Notes under the pieces: model-generated
The model's database searches: none
The model's input: the letters and a program-made list of their open reading frames with translations, nothing else
What the model was told of the DNA's origin: nothing
DNA from: an uncultured Erysipelotrichaceae bacterium
Lineage (GTDB): Bacteria; Bacillota_I; Bacilli_A; Erysipelotrichales; Erysipelotrichaceae
Assembly (NCBI GenBank): GCA_964424595.1
Contig: CAYRIW010000004.1
Span: forward strand, 9,206 to 73,205
Direction: 5' to 3'
DNA: 64,000 nt
In this document: positions 57,205-64,000 of the stretch, piece after piece
Numbering within the stretch: position 1 is the first letter of the stretch
Layout: the number at the start of each line of letters is the position of its first letter
Translations under genes and position numbers: made by a program

Positions 57205-58833
57205 TTACTCAATTCCAAATATAAATGAATATACTGGTTGTTGTCCTAGCGTGACTTCAACTTCGCAGTGATCAAAATGCTCACCGATGAAAGCCTCGAT
57301 ATCAGAAAGTTCTTCTTTACTGACATCTTCACCCACCAATACGGTAATCAAACCATCTTCTGCTTTAACAGCTTCCAATAATAATTTCTTTGTCGCATCC
57401 AATTTATCATTGGTACTGCAAATGATTTGTTTTCCTAAAATACCCATGTAATCCCCTGCATTGATGGAAACACCTTCAAAACTGGTGTCTTTGATCGCAT
57501 ACGTGACCATTGCCGTCTTCACATTCTTAAAGGCTTCTGTCATTTCCGTAACGTTTTCATCCACGCTGACTTCAGGATTGAACATAATGCATGCACTCAA
57601 ACCTTGAGGAATGCTCTTGGTTGGCAAGACACGAACATCAGCATCTTCAATCAAGGATTCAGCTTGTTGAGCCGCAAGGATGATGTTTGAATTGTTTGGC
57701 AAAATGAAGATGTGCTCAGCATTGAGCGATTGAATTGCCGCAACGAAATCTTCCGTAGAAGGATTCATGGTTTGTCCACCACTAATGACCACATCGACAC
57801 GATAGGATTCAAACAGATCTTTAACGCCGTCCCCAGCCGCAACCGCTATGATTGCATATTTCTTTTTCTCTTTTACGACAGGTTTCAACTCAGGTGCCAT
57901 ATGCGTCAGATGATCATGTTGCTCCTGCATGTTCTCAATTTTTAGCTTAACAAAGTCACCATAACGTTGACCCAGATTCAAAGCGTCACCAGGAATTAAA
58001 GTATGGATATGTACTTTTACAATTTCTTCATCCTGAACGACAACGATTGAATCACCCAAACGTGATAAACGTTCACGCAATTCCAATTCACTGAATGTTT
58101 CAATTAATTCAGGTGTCAAACGTACGATGAATTCAGTACAATAACCAAACTCTTCATTTTCTAGGTTCTTTTGAACACCTTCACCCATTTCGATATTATC
58201 CAAGAGTGGAACAGGATTACCCTGGAGCCCCGCTCTAAATCCTTCTAGAATCTTGATGTATCCATAAGCACCACTATCCACAACACCGACTTCTTTCAAA
58301 ACCGGTAATAAATCAGGAGTTCTCAATAATGACTCATGCGCAGACGCAATCAAGAAATCAAAATACTCCAAGATATCCTTCTCTGGATATGTCTTCAAAT
58401 AATCTTGAGCTTGCTTGCTACTTTCTCGTAATACCGTCAAAATTGTACCTTCAACAGGACGCATGACAGCTTTATAGGCAATTTCGGTGCCCTTAACAAA
58501 AGCATCCGCAAAATCTTTGGCATAAATATCTGCTTTTCCATCGACACTTTGATAAAAGCCTCTGAAGATTTGCGATAAGATGACCCCAGAATTACCACGT
58601 GCACCCATTAACAAGCCTTTTGATAGGACTTTGGCAATATCACCAACATTCATCGTGAGGATGGATTGTGTATCTTTGACACCCGCACTAAAAGTCAGGT
58701 TCATATTGGTACCCGTATCTCCATCTGGTACTGGGAAAACATTTAAAGCATCCACTTCGTGGTGATGATTACTTAAATTGTTCGCACCACTCACCAACAT
58801 GGACTTGAACAACGATCCGTCTAATTTATTCAT
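57205..58833 (-). CDS. fakA: DAK2-domain fatty acid kinase subunit FakA (YloV)
   Basis: 'VFPVPDGDTGTNM' Dak2 motif. ~542 aa. yloU-yloV pairing. ATG 58833 is preferred; TTG 58845 is the alternative. Confidence 0.88.
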   Translation of the reverse strand: MNKLDGSLFKSMLVSGANNLSNHHHEVDALNVFPVPDGDTGTNMNLTFSAGVKDTQSILTMNVGDIAKVLSKGLLMGARGNSGVILSQIFRGFYQSVDGKADIYAKDFADAFVKGTEIAYKAVMRPVEGTILTVLRESSKQAQDYLKTYPEKDILEYFDFLIASAHESLLRTPDLLPVLKEVGVVDSGAYGYIKILEGFRAGLQGNPVPLLDNIEMGEGVQKNLENEEFGYCTEFIVRLTPELIETFSELELRERLSRLGDSIVVVQDEEIVKVHIHTLIPGDALNLGQRYGDFVKLKIENMQEQHDHLTHMAPELKPVVKEKKKYAIIAVAAGDGVKDLFESYRVDVVISGGQTMNPSTEDFVAAIQSLNAEHIFILPNNSNIILAAQQAESLIEDADVRVLPTKSIPQGLSACIMFNPEVSVDENVTEMTEAFKNVKTAMVTYAIKDTSFEGVSINAGDYMGILGKQIICSTNDKLDATKKLLLEAVKAEDGLITVLVGEDVSKEELSDIEAFIGEHFDHCEVEVTLGQQPVYSFIFGIE

Positions 58834-58837
58834 CGTT

Positions 58838-59197
58838 CTAACCAATTACCCTTACGCCTTGGACATAGACATTGATCGCATTGAACTTCAAATCCAATGA
58901 TTTTTCCAAAACGTATTTGGTTTTCTTTTGTACTTCATTAACAACTTCAGAGATTTTGACCCCAAAACCAATGATCAAATAAAGATCAAGTTCCAAACCT
59001 TTGGCTCCATCACGAACGATGACACCCTTACTATAATTTTCTTTACGTAATAGCTCGGCAATGCCATCTTTGACGACTTTTTGAGAAGCCATACCGACTA
59101 CGCCGTAACATTCCGTTACGACACCACCCGCTAAACTAGCAATCGCATCATGCGAGATATTGATATTACCTAATTGCGTTGAACGCTCTATTGACAT
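58838..59197 (-). CDS. Asp23/Gls24 family protein (YloU-like)
   Basis: 119 aa: 'ISHDAIASLAGGVVTECYGVVGM...' with C-terminal 'VYVQGVRV'. Upstream of fakA. Confidence 0.85.
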   Translation of the reverse strand: MSIERSTQLGNINISHDAIASLAGGVVTECYGVVGMASQKVVKDGIAELLRKENYSKGVIVRDGAKGLELDLYLIIGFGVKISEVVNEVQKKTKYVLEKSLDLKFNAINVYVQGVRVIG

Positions 59198-59251
59198 ACT
59201 GATCTCCTTTTAACAAGTTCATTATAACAAATAATCTGCCTTTTTCACATT

Positions 59252-60031
59252 TTAAGAGGCACAAGAGAAACTATACGGCACAGCTGTGATTTCGTCAATC
59301 GCGATACAGTCATGTTCAGGATTCAAAGCATTCCGAATCTTGAGATAATCGTTCAAAACATGCAAGCTGGATAAAGCCGTGTAAACCTGAATCCCATCCA
59401 TCATACGTAAATGTGCATAATACGCATCATACGACTTCGGTTCACTTTTAAGCTCAGAAATATTCATCAAATTCTCAGGACTCAAACTTAGCAAAGCTTC
59501 TACCAAACGTTCATGAGCAATCGGATCTGTATAGCCGCTGATCAAAGGAACACCAATGGGATAATTCATTTTATGTGTATCTAAATTAACGACAAGATTG
59601 TTTTCAAGCAAGACTGTATTTTGGTCTGTCAAATGCGCTAGAATACGATACTCAGTAACCTGAACCAAGATTTCATTGAAATGTGGGTACTTGATTGAAT
59701 AAGATGCAATAAGCGCTTCTTCATCAATTTTCTCACTCAAACGTATTCCAGAGGTCAAGCCTACTTTACTTTGTGTAGTTGACCAGAGGATTTCTTGAAG
59801 GTAAGTCGACTTCAATACACGATTACCCGTCACATCAATCTTCTTAATAGCGAAGTAATCAAAGCGAAACACTGCATAACTTGAACCCACCAAAACCAAT
59901 AAAAACAGAAAGCTGATAAGGAAACGTTTTAACTTGATGCGTTTCAAAGCCTTTTTCTTGGCACGTTGTTGTGCAATCAACACATCAACGGATGGAACCT
60001 CAGTCATGACGACTCCAATTAAAGAATTCAA
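59252..60031 (-). CDS. divIB: Cell division protein DivIB/FtsQ
   Basis: Basic N-terminus, one TM ('FLISFLFLLVLVGSSYAVF') and the POTRA start 'IKKIDVTGNRVL'. Follows murB. The start is uncertain (60031 or 60007). Confidence 0.8.
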   Translation of the reverse strand: MNSLIGVVMTEVPSVDVLIAQQRAKKKALKRIKLKRFLISFLFLLVLVGSSYAVFRFDYFAIKKIDVTGNRVLKSTYLQEILWSTTQSKVGLTSGIRLSEKIDEEALIASYSIKYPHFNEILVQVTEYRILAHLTDQNTVLLENNLVVNLDTHKMNYPIGVPLISGYTDPIAHERLVEALLSLSPENLMNISELKSEPKSYDAYYAHLRMMDGIQVYTALSSLHVLNDYLKIRNALNPEHDCIAIDEITAVPYSFSCAS

Positions 60032-60911
60032 TTTCAGGATTCAGTTTGATGTTAAACATTTCATCTACTTTTGTCTGCGCCAAGCAAATCAAATCCAAGA
60101 CATCCTGTGCCTTCGCTTCATCCACATTCACGATGAAGTTACTGTGCTTCTCAGAAAACATTGCACCACCAATACGATGACCTCTTAACCCTACCGCATC
60201 AATACAAGACCATGCACTCATTGTATCCGGATTTCTAAAAACACTTCCAGCGCTGGGTAGATCCAAAGGTTGAGATGCGATACGCCTTTGACGTCGTTCA
60301 TCCATCGTATGCAGGATTCGTTCCTTATCTGCAATATTACAGTTGAACACAGCCTCAAGAATAATCCAATCCCGATGATTCATAAAGCTTGTATAACGAT
60401 ATTTCACTTCGATTTCACTCTTTTCGATCCATTCGACACGTAAATTACGATAAACAAGAATTTTCTCCAAGCATTCGTACATGTCATGTTTATAGGCGCC
60501 CGCATTCATAAACAAAGCACCTCCCACTGATCCAGGAATACCGGAAGCAAATTCAAAACCACTTAAGGCATGATCCGCTGCTAAGTAAGCCATTGCAATC
60601 AAACTCACCCCCGCTTGAACAAATATTTTATTGCCTTGAAAAACAACCGATTTCAAACATCGATCCAGTTTAACGATCAAACCAGGATAATGATCATCAC
60701 TCGCTAAGATATTTGATCCCATCCCCCAGATCTTAAATGGAAGTGCATCCTCATGCAGCTCTTTTAGTAAACCTAGCAATGCATTCAAATCATGTGGATA
60801 GATCATCGCATCCACGGTGCCACCCACTCTTAGACTCGTGTATCTCTTCAAAGAGACATGAAATTTGATTTCGCCATAATTTTGATGTTTTATATAACGC
60901 TCCGACATCAC
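60000..60911 (-). CDS. murB: UDP-N-acetylenolpyruvoylglucosamine reductase
   Basis: 303 aa with FAD-binding 'TSLRVGGTVD' and 'GIPGSVGGALFMNAGAY...SAGSVFRNP'. Confidence 0.94.
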   Translation of the reverse strand: MMSERYIKHQNYGEIKFHVSLKRYTSLRVGGTVDAMIYPHDLNALLGLLKELHEDALPFKIWGMGSNILASDDHYPGLIVKLDRCLKSVVFQGNKIFVQAGVSLIAMAYLAADHALSGFEFASGIPGSVGGALFMNAGAYKHDMYECLEKILVYRNLRVEWIEKSEIEVKYRYTSFMNHRDWIILEAVFNCNIADKERILHTMDERRQRRIASQPLDLPSAGSVFRNPDTMSAWSCIDAVGLRGHRIGGAMFSEKHSNFIVNVDEAKAQDVLDLICLAQTKVDEMFNIKLNPEIEFFNWSRHD

Positions 60912-61984
60912 ATCACCTCATTGATCCAAGTGATGAAATCTTCTGCCGCATTGATGCGCCCCAAAGCCAGCGCTTTCTCGCGCATTGCATTCAAACGCTC
61001 CGTATCCTCAGCTAAATCTAAGATCAACATGCTCAAATGTTGCGCATCACAATCCTTTTCCTCCATGAGGATACTGGCACCTGCATCATAGAGTACTTTC
61101 GCATTATGATATTGGTGATTATTCGGTACAAATGGACTTGGGATAATAATCGATGGACAACCACTCACCATGATTTCTGCCGCAGTTGTAGCACCACCTC
61201 TTGTCACCATCAAACTTACTTCATGCATTGCTTGAACTTGATCGATATAAGGTACGATTTTTATAAATGCTGTTTCATCATGTTCTTCAATAAACGCATC
61301 ATAATGTTGTTTGCCTGTCACATAGATACACTGTAGTTGATGTTCATCCAAAAGAACCAATACACTCCCCATCAAGGCATTGATGGAAGCAGACCCCAAA
61401 GAACCCATGACAAACAGTACACTAGGTTTTGAAGGATCCAAGTTCAATTCACTCAATAAAGAATTGGTAATGGACTTATTTTTAAAAACATACGTTCTGG
61501 GATTGCCAATCAAACGTGTTTTATTTCGTGGAAATTGATTGAGATTTGCTTCATAACTCGCCGCAATTCCATCCACTTGTTTCGCAAGAAAAAGATTCGC
61601 TTTTCCAGCAATTGCATTTTGTTCATGTAAAAATGTCTTGATTCCCAATTTCTTAGCTTCAAGAATGACAGGTACACATACATATCCACCAAAGCCAATC
61701 ACGAGATCGGGTTTAAACGTATCGAGAATGTTACGAACTGGTTTACGGTTAAAGAATAAAGTATACAGCGCATAGAGTTTATTAAAGATGTTCCCTTGAA
61801 TCCCCTTTGTTTGAATTCCTTTGAAAGCAAAACCCGCTTGTGGAATCAAACGCGCTTCCATGCGATCATCATTACCAATGAATAAGAGCTCATGGTTTGC
61901 GTCTTGATCTAGATAGGCTTGAGCAAGTGCCAATGCAGGATAGATATGACCCCCTGTACCGCCCGTCACAATACAAATTTTCAT
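60908..61984 (-). CDS. murG: UDP-N-acetylglucosamine--N-acetylmuramyl-(pentapeptide) pyrophosphoryl-undecaprenol GlcNAc transferase
   Basis: 'GGTGGHIYPALA' N-terminal G-loop. 358 aa. Confidence 0.94.
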   Translation of the reverse strand: MKICIVTGGTGGHIYPALALAQAYLDQDANHELLFIGNDDRMEARLIPQAGFAFKGIQTKGIQGNIFNKLYALYTLFFNRKPVRNILDTFKPDLVIGFGGYVCVPVILEAKKLGIKTFLHEQNAIAGKANLFLAKQVDGIAASYEANLNQFPRNKTRLIGNPRTYVFKNKSITNSLLSELNLDPSKPSVLFVMGSLGSASINALMGSVLVLLDEHQLQCIYVTGKQHYDAFIEEHDETAFIKIVPYIDQVQAMHEVSLMVTRGGATTAAEIMVSGCPSIIIPSPFVPNNHQYHNAKVLYDAGASILMEEKDCDAQHLSMLILDLAEDTERLNAMREKALALGRINAAEDFITWINEVM

Positions 61985-62051
61985 GTGAAGACTCCCTTCG
62001 CTAAGTCATTATATCATAATCCAAAAAAGCTCTTTATGTTAAAATGAAGTC

Positions 62052-62708
62052 ATGAAATATAAATGTTTAGTCTTAGATCACGATGATACCGTCGTAGATA
62101 GCTCCAGAACAATCCACTATCCCGCTTTCCTCGATACATTGAAACAATTGAGACCCAACTTAAATCCACTTAGCTTTGATGAATTCAATCATCATTGTTT
62201 TGTGTATGGATTTCATCATCTTTGCGAAGTTCGATACGGTTTTGATAAACATGAAATGATGCGTGAATATGAGATTTGGAAAAATCACACACAGCGCAAA
62301 CAAGCACCTGCCTTTGATGGTTGGAAAGCTTTATTACATCAATTTAAAGCACAGGGTGGAATCATTATCGTTGTTTCTTATTCTGAATCAAAAGAAATTC
62401 TACGCGACTATCAAGATCATTTCAATCTAATCCCAGATCGCATCTACGGATACGATGCCGGACCAGAGAATATCAAACCACACATCAAACCCATTCTGGA
62501 TGTTATATATGACTTTAAACTAACGCATGAAGACATCTGTGTCATCGATGACATGCCAGTTGGTCTTGCAATGGCTGAAAATGCAAAGGTTGATTTCATA
62601 TGGGCAAAATGGTCACATACCGATGAAAGACTCTTGGAGCACATAAAAAAAACATCTCAACACGCATGTTCAGATGTTCAAGAACTTCTTCGCTATCTTG
62701 ATTTTTAG
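62052..62708 (+). CDS. HAD-superfamily hydrolase (phosphatase-like)
   Basis: Motif I 'LDHDDT' (DxDxT), motif II 'VVSYS', motif III Lys 'IKPH', motif IV 'IDDMPVG'. Confidence 0.75.
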   Translation: MKYKCLVLDHDDTVVDSSRTIHYPAFLDTLKQLRPNLNPLSFDEFNHHCFVYGFHHLCEVRYGFDKHEMMREYEIWKNHTQRKQAPAFDGWKALLHQFKAQGGIIIVVSYSESKEILRDYQDHFNLIPDRIYGYDAGPENIKPHIKPILDVIYDFKLTHEDICVIDDMPVGLAMAENAKVDFIWAKWSHTDERLLEHIKKTSQHACSDVQELLRYLDF

Positions 62709-63025
62709 ATCAATCCGTAACGCCAGGTACTCACGCCACCAATATTGTGAACATCGGTATACCCTAAACGCTTAACATAAGCTGTCGCATCCGATGCACG
62801 TGCGCCACTGTAGCATATGATGAAAATCTTTGCATCTTTATTCGGCGCGACTTTTACAAATTCCGTTGGAACCGTGTGTAGAGGCACATTGATGCTTCCC
62901 TCGATGTGTCCATCTTCTTCAAATTCTTCTATTGTACGAACATCGATGAGAATGATATTCTTATCGCTTTTTAGTTGCTTGTATGCTTCTTCCTGATTTA
63001 ATTGATAACGGCCAAAATTAAACAT
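62705..63025 (-). CDS. Single-domain rhodanese (sulfurtransferase)
   Basis: ~106 aa with the active-site loop 'CYSGARAS'. Start at ATG 63025 has AAGGAGAGG upstream. Confidence 0.82.
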   Translation of the reverse strand: MFNFGRYQLNQEEAYKQLKSDKNIILIDVRTIEEFEEDGHIEGSINVPLHTVPTEFVKVAPNKDAKIFIICYSGARASDATAYVKRLGYTDVHNIGGVSTWRYGLI

Positions 63026-63069
63026 GTGTCCCTCTCCTTGATTTACTAGACAATAATAGCATAACAAAC

Positions 63070-63106
63070 AAAAAAAACAAGAGTTTTACTCAAAGAGTCC
63101 CTCTTG
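63070..63106 (-). terminator. Possible terminator after ruvB
   Basis: The minus strand reads CAAGAG...CUCUUG (6-bp stem, large loop overlapping the ruvB stop) followed by U8. Confidence 0.4.
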
Positions 63107-64000
63107 TATATGAATGCCTAAATGTTGGTATGCTTTTTGGGTCACGACACGTCCACGTGCGGTCCGATTGATGAAACCGATCTGTAAGAGATAAGGTTCA
63201 TAGACATCTTCCAAGGTCATGGCTTCTTCCTGAATACTCGATGCGATCGCATCCAAACCTACAGGTCCCCCATTGAAACGCTCTATGATTCCCTTCAAAT
63301 AGCGAATATCCACATCATCCAAACCCAAATGATCGACTTTCAAACGATCCAAGGCCAATTCCGCAACTTTGATGTCAATGTGTCCATCATTCAAGACCTG
63401 AGCGAAATCACGTACACGTCTGAACAAACGATTCGCAATACGGGGTGTCCCACGACTGCGCTTGGCGATCTCATTGATCGCGGCTTGATCGATGCTGGTC
63501 TCCATGACCCTTGAAGTCCTCTCAATGATTTGCTTCAATTCCGCATGCGAATAGTATTCCAATTTGCTCACGATACCAAAACGATCGCGTAATGGAGCGG
63601 TTAAATCCCCTGCTCTTGTCGTCGCCCCAACCAATGTAAATGGCGGAAGTTCCAAACGAATTGAGCGTACTGAAGCTTCTTTACCCACCACCACATCAAT
63701 CGCATAGTCTTCCATGGCTGGATAGAGAACTTCTTCTACTGCTTTTGGCAAACGATGAATCTCATCGATAAACAAGACATCCCCTGCTTGAAGCGTACTG
63801 AGTATCGCCGCAAGATCACCGGATCGCTCGATGCTCGGTCCACTGGTGATCCGAATGTTACTTTCCATTTCATGCGATAGAATATAAGCCAAGGTTGTTT
63901 TACCCAAGCCCGGAGGTCCATACAACAACACATGATCCAAGCTCTCTTCACGAGACTTCGCAGCTTGTATGAAAATACGTAAATTTTCTTTTAAACTGGT
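63086..64000 (-). CDS. ruvB: Holliday junction branch migration ATPase RuvB, C-terminal ~305 codons; the N-terminus lies beyond the right edge
   Basis: '[16 protein letters not shown]' Walker A, 'LFIDEIHRL' Walker B, '[15 protein letters not shown]' sensor. The frame stays open upstream of the ORF-track Met to position 64000 ('[24 protein letters not shown]'). Confidence 0.95.
   Translation of the reverse strand, partial: TSLKENLRIFIQAAKSREESLDHVLLYGPPGLGKTTLAYILSHEMESNIRITSGPSIERSGDLAAILSTLQAGDVLFIDEIHRLPKAVEEVLYPAMEDYAIDVVVGKEASVRSIRLELPPFTLVGATTRAGDLTAPLRDRFGIVSKLEYYSHAELKQIIERTSRVMETSIDQAAINEIAKRSRGTPRIANRLFRRVRDFAQVLNDGHIDIKVAELALDRLKVDHLGLDDVDIRYLKGIIERFNGGPVGLDAIASSIQEEAMTLEDVYEPYLLQIGFINRTARGRVVTQKAYQHLGIHIQEGLFE

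Noticed and set aside
1-64000. Looked for CRISPR arrays, tandem or inverted repeats, IS elements, tRNA/rRNA/tmRNA genes, toxin-antitoxin pairs and defence-island-like gene sets
   Set aside because: Intergenic space is minimal. The longest gaps are explained by the FMN, T-box and L-box leaders. I saw no repeat arrays, transposase/integrase genes other than xerD, or small paired ORFs. This was a by-eye scan, so short or degenerate repeats could have been missed.

Overview
This window looks like 64 kb of core chromosome from a low-GC Gram-positive bacterium (Bacillota). It uses the standard genetic code, since TGA is used as a stop. Gene order is a compacted, rearranged version of three Bacillus subtilis neighbourhoods: yqf-yqi (ybeY-dgkA-cdd-era-recO-glyQS-dnaG-sigA ... 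ispH, cshB, ispG ... comG ... efp ... cmk-der-gpsA-hup ... deoB-xerD-recN-dxs-ispA-xseBA-nusB), ylx (polC-rimP-nusA-ylxR-ylxQ-infB-rbfA / truB-ribF) and ylo/mur (murG-murB-divIB, yloU-fakA-recG-rnc). A lengthened SigA, a lengthened NusA and the lack of a FASII block between recG and rnc suggest an Erysipelotrichia-like lineage, but only at low confidence. I call about 70 CDS. Two are absent from the ORF track: rpmG, and a partial Na/Pi cotransporter at the left edge. I saw no rRNA, tRNA, CRISPR array, transposase or prophage genes. Three riboswitch-type leaders can be read directly. An FMN riboswitch precedes ribU. A T-box whose specifier I read as CGU (Arg) precedes a polar amino-acid ABC importer. 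A lysine (L-box) riboswitch precedes a second ABC importer. A full comGA-GG pseudopilus operon is present. I did not find a convincing novel multi-gene system. The best leads are: an AT-rich two-gene cassette (24.7-26.6 kb) encoding a tail-anchored small protein plus a secreted protein with Ig-like repeats and an unassignable N-terminal half; an orphan radical-SAM/SPASM enzyme inside an inverted block that splits rbfA from truB; a ~150-aa insertion in SigA; an EF-P whose modification loop lacks the canonical Lys/Arg position; and an orphan GltD/NfnB-like oxidoreductase coupled to polC. All calls come from reading the translations and sequence motifs by eye; no searches were run.
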